Shown here in pieces: positions 12,851 through 26,760 of a stretch of DNA of 64,000 bases. The position numbers and the translations under genes were made by a program. Each line of letters opens with the position of its first letter. Within the stretch, counting starts at the first letter, position 1. A model generated the notes under the pieces. It did not search any database and was not told where the DNA came from. It saw only the letters and a program-made list of their open reading frames with translations. The DNA is from the human T2T-CHM13v2.0 reference genome, Homo sapiens, in assembly GCF_009914755.1 (NCBI RefSeq), contig NC_060933.1, one strand, 5' to 3'.

Positions 12851-15800
12851 TGTAATGGAATGGAATGCAACGGAATGGAATGGTATGGAATGCAATGGAA
12901 TGGAATCAACCCGAGTACAATGGAATGGAATGGAATGGAATGGAATGGAATGGAATGGAATGGAATGGAATGGAATGGAATTGAATGGAATGGAATGGAA
13001 TGGAATGCCTTCAAACCGAATGGAATGGAAAGGAGTGGAATCAACACGAGTGGAATGGAATGGAATGGAATGGAATGGAATGGAATGGAATGATACGGAA
13101 TAGAATGTAATGGAACGAAATGGAATGGAATGGAATGGAATGGAATGGAATGGAATGGAATGGAATCGTTCCGAGTGGAATAGGAGGGAATGTATTCGAG
13201 TGTAATGGAAAGGAATGGAATCAACAAGAGTGGAATGGAAGGGAATGGAATGGAAGGGAAACTAATAGAATGGAATCAACCCGAGTGGAATGGAATGGAA
13301 AGGACTGGAAGGGAATGGAATGGAATGGAATCAACTCGATTGTAATGGAATGGAATGGAATGGAATTGAATGGAATGGAATTAACCCGAATACAATGGAA
13401 TGGAATGGAATGGAACGCAATGGAGTGGAATGGAATGGATTCAACCCGAGTGCAGGGGATTGGAATGGAATGGAATGCAATGGAATGGAATCATCCGGAA
13501 TGGAATGGAATGGAATGGAATGGAATGGAATGGAATCTACCCGACTGCAGGGGAATGGAATGGAATGGAATGCAATGGAATGGATTCAACTTGAATGGAA
13601 TGGAAAGAATGGAATCAACACGAGTGGAATGACATGGATTGGAATGGAATGGAATGGAATGGAATCAACCCGAGTACAGGGTAATGGAATGGAATGGAAT
13701 GCAATGGAATGGAATCATCCGTAATGGAATGGAAAGGAATGGAATGGAATGGAATGGAATGGAATCGAATGGAATCAACTCGATTGCAATCGAATGGAAT
13801 GGAATGGAACTAACCCGAATAGAATGGAATGGAATGGAATGGAACGGAAAGGAACGGAATGGAATGGATTGGCATGGAATGGAATGGAATGGAATGGAAC
13901 GGAAAGGAATGGAATTGAATGGAATGGAATCCATCTGAGTGCAGGGGAATGGAATGGAATGGAATGCAATGGAATGGAATCTTCCGGAATGGAATGGAAT
14001 GGAATGGAATGGAATGGAATGAAATGGAATGGAATGGAATAAACCCGAGTGCAATGGAATGGAGTGGAATGGAATGGATTGGAATGGAAAAACCCGAATG
14101 GAATGGAATGTAATGGAGAGTAAGGGAGTTGAATAGAATCAATCCGAATGTAATGGAATGGAATGGAACGGAATGGAATGGAATGGAATGGAATGGAATG
14201 CAATGGAATGGAATCAACCCGAGTGCAATGGAATGGAGAGGAATGGAATGGAGTGGAATGGAAACTACCCCAATGGAATGGAATGGAATGGAGTGTAAGG
14301 GAATTGAATATAATCAATCCGAATGTAATGGAATGGAATGGTACGGAATGGAATGGAATGGAATGGAATGGAATGGAATTCAATGGAATGGAATCAACCC
14401 GAGTGCAATCGAATGGAATCGAATGGAATGGAATGCAATGGAATGGATTCAACTTGAATGGAATGGAAAGAATGGAATCAACACGAGTGGAATGGCATGG
14501 ATTGGAATGGAATGGAATGGAATCAACCCGAGTACAGGGGAATGGAATGGAATGGAATGCAATGGAATGGAATCATCCGTAATGGAATGGAAAGGAATGG
14601 AATGGAATGGAATGGAATGGAATGGAATGTAATAGAATGGACTCAACTCGATTGCAATCGAATGGAATGGAATGGAATTAACCCGAATAGAATGGAATTG
14701 AATAGAATGGAATGGAACCGAACGGAATGGCATGGAATGGAATGGAATGCAACGGAACGGAATGGAATGGAATGGAATGGAATGGAATGGAATGGAATGG
14801 AATCAACGCGAGTGCAGGGGAATGGAATGGAATGGAATGCAATGGAATGGAATCTTCCGGAATGGAATGGAATGAAATGGAATGGAATGAAATGCAATGG
14901 ATTCAACTCGATTGCAATGGAATGGAATAGAATGGAATGGAATGGAATGGAATGGAATTAACCCAAATAGAATGGAATGGAATGGAATGGAACGGAATGG
15001 AACGGAATGGAATGGAATGGAATGGAATGGAATGGTATGGAATGGAATGGAATGGTACGGAATAGAATGGAATGGAACGAATTGTAATGGAATGGAATTG
15101 AATGGAATGGAATGGAATGCAATGGAATCAACGCGAGTGCAGGGGAATGTAATGGAACGGAATGCAATGGAATGGAATCATCCGGAATGGAATGGAATGG
15201 AATGGAATGGAATGGGATGGAATGGATTAAACCCGAGTGCAATAGAATGGAGTGGAATGGAAACAACCAGAATGGATTGGAATATAATGGAGTGTAAGGT
15301 AATTGAATAGAATCAATCTGAATGTAATGAAATGGAATGGAACGGAATGGAATGGAATGGAATGGAATGGAATGGAATGGAATGGAATGCAATGGAATGG
15401 AATCAACCCGAGTACAATGGAATGGAATGGAATGGCATGGAATGGAATGAAATGGAATGGACTGCAATGGAATGGAATCTTCCGGAATGGAATGGAATGG
15501 AATGGAATGGAATGCAATGGATTCAACTCGATTGCAATGGAATGGAATAGAATGGAATGGAATGGAATGGAATGGAATTAAACCGAATAGAATGGAATGG
15601 AATGGAATGGAACGCAACGGAACGGAACGCAAAGGAGTGGAATGGAATGGAATGGAATTGTATGGAATGGAATGGAATGGTACGGAATAGAATGGAATGG
15701 AAAGAATTGGAATGGAATGGAATCGAATCGAATGGAATGGAATGGAATGGAATCAACCCGAGTGCAGGGGAATGTAATGGAACGGAATGCAATGGAATGG

Positions 15801-18059
15801 AATCATCCGGAATGGAATGGAATGGAATGGAATGGAATGGAATGGAATGGAATGGAATCAACCCGAGTGCAATGGAATGGAGTGGAATGGAATGGAATGG
15901 AATGGAACAACCCGAATGGAATGGAATGTAATGGAGAGTAAGGGAGTTGAATAGAATCAATCCGAATCTAATGGAATGGAACGGAATGGAATGGAATGGA
16001 ATGGAATGGAATGGAATGCAATGGAATGGAATCAACCCGAGTACAATGGAACGGCATGTAATGTAATGTAATGTAATGGAATGGAATGGAATGGAATGGA
16101 ATGGAATCAACCCGAGTGCAATGGAATGGAGAGGAATGGAATGGAATGGAATGGAAACTACCCGAATGGAATGGAATGTAATGGAGTGTAAGGGAATTGA
16201 ATAGAATCAATCCGAATGGAATGGAATGGAACGAAATGTAATGGAATGGAATGGAATGGAATCAACCTGAGTGCAGGGGAATGGAATGGAATGGAATGCA
16301 CTGGAATGGAATCATCCGGAATCGGATGGAATGGAATGCAATGGAATGGAATGGAATGGAATCAACCCCAGTGCAATGGAATGGAGTGAAATGGAATGGA
16401 ATGGAATGGAGACAACCAGAATGGATTGGAATATAATGGAGTGTAAGGGAATTGAATAGAATCAATCTGAATGTAATGAAATGGAATGGAACGGAATGGA
16501 ATGGAATGGAATGGAATGGAATGGAATGGAATGCAATGGAATGGAATCAACCCGAGAGCAATTGAATGGAATCGAATGGAATGGAATGCAATGGAATGGA
16601 TTCAAATTGAATGGAATAGAAAGAATGGAATCAACACGAGTGGAATGGCATGGATTGGAATGGAATGGAATGGAATCAACCCGAGTACAGGGGAATGGAA
16701 TGGAATGGAATGCAATGGAATGGAATCATCCGTAATGGAATGGAAAGGAATGGAATGGAATGGAATGGAATGGAATGGAATGGAATGGAATCAACTCGAT
16801 TGCAATCGAATTGAATGGAATGGAATTAACCCGAATAGAATGGAATGGAATGGAATGGAACGGAACGGAATGGAATGGAATGGAACGGAATGGAATGGAA
16901 CGGAACGGAACGGAACGGAATGGAATGGAATGGAATGGAATGGAATGGAATGGAATCAACGCGAGTGCAGGGGAATGGAATGGAATGCAATGCAATGGAA
17001 TGGAATCTTTCAGAATGGAATGGAATGGAATGGAATGGAATGAAATGCAATGGATTCAACTCGATTGCAATGGAATGGAATAGAATGGAATGGAATGGAA
17101 TGGAATGGAATCTACGCGAGTGCAGGGGAATGGAATGGAATGGAATGCAATGGAATGGAATCTTCCGGAATGGAATGGAATGGAATGGAATGGAATGAAA
17201 TGCAATGGATTCAACTCGATTGCAATGGAATGGAATAGAATGGAATGGAATGGAATGGAAAGGAATTAATTCGAATAGAATGGAATGGAATGGAATGGAA
17301 TGGAATGGAATAGAATGGAATGGAATGGAATCAACCCGAGTGCAATGTAATGGAGTGGAATGGAATGGAATGGAATGGAACAACCCGAATGGAATGGAAT
17401 GTAATGGAGAGTAAGGGAGTTGAATAGAATCAATCCGAATGTAATGGAATGGAACGGAATGGATTTGAATGGAATGGAATGGAATGCAATGGAATGGAAT
17501 CAACCCGAGTGCAATGGAATGGAGACGAATGGAATGGAATGGAATGGAAACTACCCGAATGGAATGGAATGGAATGGAGTGTAAGGGAATTGAATAGAAT
17601 CAATCCGAATGTAATATAATGGAATGGAATGGAATGCAATGGAATGGAATGGAATGGAATGGAATGGAATCAACCCGAGTGCAATCGAATGGAATCGAAT
17701 GGAATGGAATGCTATGGAATGGATTCAACTTGAATGGAATGGAAAGAATGGAATCAACACTAGTGGAATGGCATGGATTGCAATGGAATGGAATGGAATC
17801 AACCCGAGTACAGAGGAATGGAATGGAATGGAATACAATGGAATGGAATCATCCGTAATGGAATAGAAAGGAATGGAATGGAATGGAATGGAATGGAATC
17901 AACACAATTGCAATCGAATGGAATGGAATGGAATTAACCGGAATAGAATGGAATGGAATGGAATGGAACGGAACGGAACGGAACGGAATGGAATGGAATG
18001 GAATGGAATGGAATGGAAAGGAACGGAAAGGAATGGAATGGAATGGAATGGAATGGAAT

Positions 18060-21000
18060 GGAATGGAATGGAATGGAATCAATGCGAGTGGAGAGAAATG
18101 GAATGGAATGGAATGCAATGGAATGGAATCTTCCGGAATGGAATGGAATGGAATGGAATGGAATGAAATGCAATGGATTCAACTCGATAGCAATGGAATG
18201 GAATAGAATGGAATGGAATGGAATGGAATGGAATTAACCCGAATAGAATGGAATGGAATGGAAAAGAACGGAATGCAATGGAATGGAATGGAATGGAATG
18301 GTATGGAATGGAATGGAATGGTACGGAATAGAATGGAATGGAACGAATTGTAATGGAATGGAATTGAATGGAATGGAATGGAATGGAATGGAATCAACGC
18401 GAGTGCAGGGGAATGTAATGGAACGGAATGCAATGGAATGGAATCATCCGGAATGGAATGGAATGGAATGGAATGGAATGGAATAAACCCGAGTGCAATG
18501 GAATGTAGTGGAATGGAATGGAATGGAATGGAACAACCCGAATGGAATGGAATGTAATGGAGAGTAAGGGAGTTGAATAGAATCAATCAGAATGTAATGG
18601 AATGGAATGCAACGGAATGGAATGGAATGGAATGGAATGGAATGGAATCAACCCGAGTGGAATGGCATGGAATGGAATGCAATGGAATGGAATAGAATGG
18701 AATCAACTCGAGTGGAAAGGAATGGAATGGAATGGTAAGGAATGGAATGAAATCAACTCGAGTGGAATGGAATGGAATGGAATGGATTGGAATGGATTGC
18801 AATGGAATGAAATGGAATGGAATGGAATGGAATCAATCATTCCGAGTGGAATGGAAGGGAATGTAATTGAGTGGAAAGAAGGGAATGGAATCAACCCGAT
18901 TGGAATGCAAGGCAATGGAATGGAATGGAAAGGAATGGAATGGAATCAACTCGATTGCAATGGAATGGAATGGAATGGAATGGAATGGAATGGAATAGAA
19001 TTAACCGGAATAGAATGGAATGCAATGGAATGGAACGGAATGGAATGGAATGGAAGGGAATGGAATCAACACGAGTGCAGGGGAATGGAATGGAATGGAA
19101 TGCAATGGAATGGAATCATCCGGAATGGAATGGAATGGAATGCAATCAACTCCATTGCAATGGAATGGAATGGAATGGAATGGAATAGAATGGAATGGAA
19201 TTAACCCGAATAGAATAGAATGCAATAGAATGGAATGGAACGGAACCCAATGGAGTGGAATGGAATGGAATGGAATCAACCTGAGTGCAGGGGAATGGAA
19301 TGGAATGGAATGCAATGGAATGGAATCATCCGGAATGGAATGGAATGGAATGGAATGGAATCAAACCGAGTGCAATGGAATGGAGTGAAATGGAATGGAA
19401 TGGAATGGAAACAACCAGAATGGATTGGAATATAATGGAGTGTAAGGGAATTGCATAGAATCAATCTGAATGTAATGAAATGGAATGGAACGGAATTGAA
19501 TGGAATGGAATGGAATCGAATGGAATGGAATGGAATGGAATCAACCGGAGTTCAATGGAATGGATTCGAATGGAATGGAATGGAGTGGAATGGATTCAAC
19601 CCGAATGGAGTGGAAAGGAATGGAATCAACCCGAGTGGAATGGCATGGAATGGAATGGAATGGAATGGAATGGAATGGAATGGAATGGTTCAGAATAGAA
19701 TGGATTGGAACAAAATGGAATGGAATGGAATGGAATGGAATGGAATGGAATGGAATAGAATGGAATGGAATCAAGTCGATTGCAATGGAATGGAATGGAA
19801 TGGAATGGAACGGATTGGAATGGAATGGAATGGAATGGAATGGAATGGAATTAAATGGAATGGAATGGAATGGAATCAACCCGATTTCAGGGGAATGGAA
19901 TGGAATGGAATGCAATGGAATGGAATGGAATGGAATGGAATCAACCCGAGTGGAATGGCATGGAATGGAATGCAATGGAATGGAATGGAATGGAATCAAC
20001 TCGAGTGGAAAGGAATGGAATGGAATGGAAAGGAATGGAATGAAATCAACTCGAGTGGAATGGAATGGAATGGAATGGATTGGAATGGATTGCAATGGAA
20101 TGAAATGGAATGGAATGGAATGGAATGGAATGGAATGGAATGGAATGGAATCAACCCGAGTGGAATGGCATGGAATGGAATGCAATGGAATGGAATGGAA
20201 TGGAATGGAATCAACTCGAGTGGAAAGGAATGGAATAGAATGGAAAGGAATGGAATGAAATCAACTCGAGAGGAATGGAATGGAATGGAATGGATTGGAA
20301 TGGATTGCAATGGAATGAAATGGAATGGAATGGAATGGAATCAATCATTCCGAGTGGAATGGAAGGGAATATAATGGAGTGGAAAGAAGGGAATGGAATC
20401 AACCCGAGTGGAATGCAAGGCAATGGAATGGAATGGAAAGGAATGGAAACGAATCAACTCGATTGCAATGGAATGGAATGCCATGGAAATTAATGGAATG
20501 GAATGGAAAGGAATGGAATGGAATGAAATGGAATGGAATGGAATGAAATGGAATGGAATGGAATGCAATGGAATGGAATCAACCAGAGTGCAATCGAATG
20601 GAATCGAATGGAATGGAATGCAATGGAATGGATTCAACTTGAATGGAATGGAAAGAATGGAATCAACACGAGTGGAATGGCATGGATTGGAATGGAATGG
20701 AATGGAATCAACCCGAGTACAGGGGAATGGAATGGAATGGAATGCAACGGAATGGAATAATCCGTATTGGAATGGAAAGGAATGGAATGGAATGGAATGG
20801 AATGGAAAGGAATGGAATGGAATCAACTCGATTGCAATCGAATGGAATGGAATGGAATTAACCCGAATAGAATGGAATGTAATGGAATGGAACGGAACGG
20901 AACGGAACGGAATGGAATGGAATGGAATGGAATGGAACGGAAAGGAATGGAATGGAATGGAATGGAATGGAATGGAATGGAATGGAATGGAATGGAATCA

Positions 21001-22290
21001 ACGCGAGTGCAGGGGAATGGAATGTAATGGAATGCAATGGAATGGAATCTTCCGGAATGGAATGGAATGAAATTGAAAAAACCCGAGTGCAATGGAATGG
21101 AGTGCAATGGAATGGAATGGAATGGAACAACCCGAATGGAATCGAATGTAATGGAGAGTAAGGGAGTTGAATAGAATCAATCCGAATGTAATGGAATGGA
21201 ATGGAACGGAATGGAATGGAATGGAATGGAATGGAATGCAATGGAATGGAATCAACCCGAGTACAATGGAATGGAATGGAATGGAAAGGAATGGAATGGA
21301 ATGGAGTGGAATGGAATGGAATGGAATCAACCCGAGTGCAATGGAATGGAGTGAAATGGAATGGAATGGAATGGAAACAACCAGAATGGATTGGAATATA
21401 ACGGAGTGTAAGGGAATTGAATAGAATCAATCTGAATGTAATGAAATGCAATGGAACGGAATGTAATGTAATGGAATGGAATGGAATGGAAAGCAATGTA
21501 ATGGAATCAACCCGAGTGCAATCGAATGGAATCGAATGGAATGGAATGCAATGGAATGGATTCAACTTGAATGGAAAGTAAAGAATGGAATCAACGCGAG
21601 TGGAATGGCATGGATTGGAATGGAATGGAATGGAATCAACCCGAGTACAGGGGAATGGAATGGAATGGAATGCAATGGAATGGAATCATCCGTAATGGAA
21701 TGGAAAGGAATGGAATGGAATGGAATGGAATGGAATGGAATGGAATGGAATGGAATCAACTCGATTGCAAACGAATGGAATGGAATGGAATTAACCCGAA
21801 TAGAATGGAATGGAATGGAACGGAACGGAACGCAATGGAATGGAATGGAATTTAATGGAACGGAAAGGAATGGAATGGAATGGAATGGAATGGAATGGAA
21901 TCAACTCGAGTGCAGGGGAATGGAATGGAATCAAATGGAATGGAATGGAATGGAATGGAATCAACCCGAGTTCAGGGGAATGTAATGGAACGGAATGCAA
22001 TGGAATGGAATCATCCGAAATGGAATGGAATGGAATGGAATGGAATGGAATGAACCCGAGTGCAATGGAATGGAGTGGAATAGAATGGAATGGAATGGAA
22101 CAACCCGAATGGAATGGAATGTAATGGAGAGTAAGGGAATTGAAAAGAATCAATCCGAATGGAATGGAATGGAATGGAACGGAATGGAATGGAATGGAAT
22201 GGAATGGAATGGAATGCAATGGAATGGAATCAACCCGAGTACAATGGAATGGAATGGAATGGAATGGAATGGAATGGAATGCAATGGAAT
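18060..22290 (+). repeat. Duplicated segment B, copy 1 (copy 2 at ~26760-31070)
   Basis: Shared rare markers: CAATGCGAGTGGAG, CAATCAGAAT, CAATCATTCCGAGT, CAACTCCATT, GGAACCCAAT, TTGCATAGAATC, CCCGATTTCAGGGG, GGAAACGAATC, CATCCGAAAT. ORF pairs are offset by 8715 (18602/27317), 8765 (20211/28976) and 8770 (21562/30332). Confidence 0.92.
18640..20520 (+). repeat. Distinct HSat3 sub-variant block (CAACTCGAG / CAATCATTCCGAGT type), copy 1
   Basis: CTCGAG at 18707, 18757, 20000, 20050, 20215 and 20265. GGATTGGAATGGATTGCAAT and GGAAAGAAGGGAAT motifs were not seen outside this block and its copy. Confidence 0.8.
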
Positions 22291-22299
22291 GGAATGGAA

Positions 22300-25190
22300 T
22301 TAAACCGAATAGAATGGAATGGAATGGAATGGAATGGAACGGAACGGAATGGAATGGAATGGAATGGAATGGAATGGAATCAACCCGACTGCAGGGGAAT
22401 GGAATGGAATGGAATGGAATGGAATGGAATGGAATCATCCGGAACGGAATGGAATGGAATGGAATGGAATCAACTCGATTGCAATGGAATGGAATGGAAT
22501 GGAATGGAATCGAATGGAATGGAATGGAATTAACCGGAATAGAATGGAATGGAATGGAATGGAACGGAATGGAATGGAATGGAATGCAATGGAATGGAAT
22601 CAACCCGAGTGCAGGGGAATGGAATGGAATGGAATGCAATGGAATGGAATCATCCGTAATGGAATGGAAAGGAATGGAATGGAATGGAATGGAATGGAAT
22701 GGAATCAACGCGAGTGCAGGGGAATGGAATGGAATGAAATGTAATGCAATGGAATGGAATGTTCCGGAATGGAATGGAATGGAATGGAATGGAATGGAAT
22801 GGAATGGAATCAACCCGAGTGCAATGGAATGGAGTGGAATGGAATGGAATGGAATGGAACAACCCGAATGGAATGGAATGTAATGGAGAGTAAGGGAGTT
22901 GAATAGAATCAATCCGAATGTAATGGAATGGAATGGAACGGAATGGAATTGAATGGAATGGAATGGAATGCAATGGAATGGAATCAACCCGAGTGCAATG
23001 GAATGGAGAGGAATGGAATGGAATGGAATGGAAACTACCCGAATGGAATGGAATGTAATGGAGTGTAAGGGAATTGAATAGAATCAATCGGAATGTAATG
23101 GACTGGAATGGAACGGAATGTAATGGAATGGAATGGAATGGAATGGAATGCAATGGAATGGAATCAACCCGAGTGCAGTCGAATGGAATCGAATGGAATG
23201 GAATGCAATGGAATGGATTCAACTTGAATGGAATGGAAAGAATGGCATCAACACGAGTGGAATGGCATGGATTGGAATGGAATGGAATGGAATCAACCCG
23301 AGTACAGGGGAATGGAATGGAATGGAATGCAATGGAATGGAATCATCCGTAATGGAATGGAAAGGAATGGAATGGAATGGAAAGGAATGGAATGGAATGG
23401 TATGGAATGGAATGGAATGGAATGGTACGGAATAGAATGGAATGGAACGAATTGTAATAGAATGGAATTGAATGGAATGGAATGGAATCAACGCGAGTGC
23501 AGGGGAATGTAATGGAACGGAATGCAATGGAATGGAATCATCCGGAATGGAATGGAATGGAATGGAATGGAATGGAATGGAATGGAATGGAATAAACCCG
23601 AGTGCAATGGAATGGAGTGGAATGGAAACAACCAGAATGGATTGGAATATAATGGAGTGTAAGGTAATTGAATAGAATCAATCTGAATGTAATGAAATGG
23701 AATGGAACCGAATGGAATGGAATGGAATGGAATGGAATGGAATGCAATGGAATGGAATCAACCCTAGTACAATGGAATGGAATGGAATGGAATGGAATGG
23801 CATGGAATGGAATGCAATGGAATGGAATCTTCCGGAATGGAATGGAATGGAATGGAATGGAATGGAATGCAATGGATTCAACTCGATTGCAATGGAAAGG
23901 AATAGAATGGAATGGAATGGAAAGGAATGGAATTAAACCGAATAGAATGGAATGGAATGGAACGGAACGGAACGGAACGGAACGGAGTGGAATGGAATGG
24001 AATGGAATTGTATGGAATGGAATGGAATGGTACGGAATAGAATGGAATGGAAAGAATTGGAATGGAATGGAATCGAATCGAATGGAATGGAATGGAATGG
24101 AATCAACACGAGTGCAGGGGAATGTAATGGAACGGAATGCAATGGAATGGAATCATCCGGAATGGAATGGAATGGAATGGAATGGAATGGAATGGAATGG
24201 AATCAACCCGAGTGCAATGGAATGGAGTGAAATGGAATGGAATGGAATGGAACAACCCGAATGGAATGGAATGTAATGGAGAGTAAGGGAGTTGAATAGA
24301 ATCAATCCGAATGTAATGGAATGGAACGGAATGGAATGGAATGGAATGGAATGGAATGCAATGTAATGGAATCAACCCGAGTGCAATCGAATGGAATCGA
24401 ATGGAATGGAATGAAATGGAATGGATTCAACTTGAATGGAAAGTAAAGAATGGAATCAACACGAGTGGAATGGCATGGATTGGAATGGAATGGAATGGAA
24501 TCAACCCGAGTACAGGGGAATGGAATGGAATGGAATGCAATGGAATGGAATCATCCGTAATGGAATGGAAAGGAATGGAATGGAATGGAATGGAATGGAA
24601 TGGAATGGAATGGAATCAACTCGATTGCAATCGAATGGAATGGAATGGAATTAACCCGAATAGAATGGAATGGAATGGAATGGAACGGAACGGAATGGAA
24701 TGGAATGGAATGGAATGGAACGGAAAGGAAGGGAATGGAATGGAATAGAATAGAATGGAATGGAATCAACGCGAGTGCAGGGGAATGGAATGGAATGGAA
24801 TGGAATGGAATGCAATGGAATGGAATGTTCCGGAATGGAATGGAATGGAATGGAATGGAATGGAATGGAATGGAATCAACCCGAGTGCAATGGAATGGAG
24901 TGGAATGGAATGGAATGGAATGGAACAACCCGAATGGAATGGAATGTAATGGAGAGTAAGGGAGTTGAATAGAATCAATCCGAATGTAATGGAATGGAAT
25001 GGAACGGAATGGAATTGAATGGAATGGAATGGAATGCAATGGAATGGAATCAACCCGAGTGCAATGGAATGGAGAGGAATGGAATGGAATGGAATGGAAA
25101 CTACCCGAATGGAATGGAATGTAATGGAGTGTAAGGGAATTGAATAGAATCAATCGGAATGTAATGGACTGGAATGGAACTGAATGTAAT
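22300..25190 (+). repeat. Duplicated segment A, copy 2
   Basis: Offset ~13.3 kb from 9000-11890 (ORF pairs 10361/23678 and 11134/24436). Confidence 0.88.
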
Positions 25191-25199
25191 GGAATGGAA

Positions 25200-25780
25200 T
25201 GGAATCAACCTGAGTGCAGGGGAATGGAATGGAATGGAATGCAATGGAATGGAATCATCCGGAATGGAATGGAATGGAATGGAATGGAATGGAATCAAAC
25301 CGAGTGCAATGGAATGGAGTGAAATGGAATGGAATGGAATGGAAACAACCAGAATGGATTGGAATATAATGGAGTGTAAGGGAATTGCATAGAATCAATC
25401 TGAATGTAATGAAATGGAATGGAACGGAATTGAATGGAATGGAATGGAATCGAATGGAATGGAATGGAATGGAATCAACCGGAGTTCAATGGAATGGATT
25501 CGAATGGAATGGAATGGAGTGGAATGGATTCAACCCGAATGGAGTGGAAAGGAATGGAATCAACCCGAGTGGAATGGCATGGAATGGAATGGAATGGAAT
25601 GGAATGGAATGGAATGGTTCAGAATAGAATGGATTGGAACAAAATGGAATGGAATGGAATGGAATGGAATGGAATGGAATGGAATAGAATGGAATGGAAT
25701 CAAGTCGATTGCAATGGAATGGAATGGAATGGAATGGAACGGATTGGAATGGAATGGAATGGAATGGAATGGAATGGAAT
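25200..25780 (+). repeat. Third, out-of-order copy of ~19275-19850
   Basis: CAACCTGAGT, TTGCATAGAATC (19451 vs 25385), CAACCGGAGTTCAAT, GGTTCAGAATAG, CAAGTCGATT and CGGATTGG occur in the same order. Confidence 0.85.
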
Positions 25781-26760
25781 GAAATGCAATGGATTCAACT
25801 CGATTGCAATGGAATGGAATAGAATGGAATGGAATGGAATGGAATGGAATGGAATTAACCCAAATAGAATGGAATGGAATGGAATGGAACGGAATGGAAC
25901 GGAATGGAATGGAATGGAATGGAATGGAATGGAATGGTATGGAATGGAATGGAATGGTACGGAATAGAATGGAATGGAACGAATTGTAATGGAATGGAAT
26001 TGAATGGAATGGAATGGAATCAACGCGAGTGCAGGGGAATGTAATGGAACGGAATGCAATGGAATGGAATCATCCGGAATGGAATGGAATGGAATGGAAT
26101 GGATTAAACCCGAGTGCAATGGAATGGAGTGGAATGGAAACAACCAGAATGGATTGGAATATAATGGAGTGTAAGGTAATTGAATAGAATCAATCTGAAT
26201 GTAATGAAATGGAATGGAACGGAATAGAATGGAATGGAATGGAATGGAATGGAATTAAACCGTATAGAATGGAATGGAATGGAATGGAACGGAACGGAAC
26301 GGAACGGAAAGGAGTGGAATGGAATGGAATGGAATTGTATGGAATGGAATGGAATGGTACGGAATAGAATGGAATGGAAAGAATTGGAATGGAATGGAAT
26401 CGAATCGAATGTAATGGAATGGAATGGAATCAACCCGAGTGCAGGGGAATGTAATGGAACGGAATGCAATGGAATCGAATCATCCGGAATGGAATGGAAT
26501 GGAATGGAATGGAATGGAATGGAATGGAATCAACCCGAGTGCAATGGAATGGAGTGGAATGGAATGGAATGGAATGGAACAACCCGAATGGAATGGAATG
26601 TAATGGAGAGTAAGGGAGTTGAATAGAATCAATCCGAATGTAATGGAATGGAACGGAATGGAATGGAATGGAATGGAATGGAATGGAATGCAATGGAATG
26701 GAATCAACCCGAGTACAATGGAACGGAATGTAATGTAATGTAATGGAATGGAATGGAATG
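25780..26760 (+). repeat. Copy of ~14890-16090 with an internal ~200-bp deletion
   Basis: Shared TTAACCCAAATAG, GGATTAAACCCGAGT, GTGTAAGGTAATTG, AATCGAATCG and a GTAAT run after GAGTACAATGGAACGG. Confidence 0.75.
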
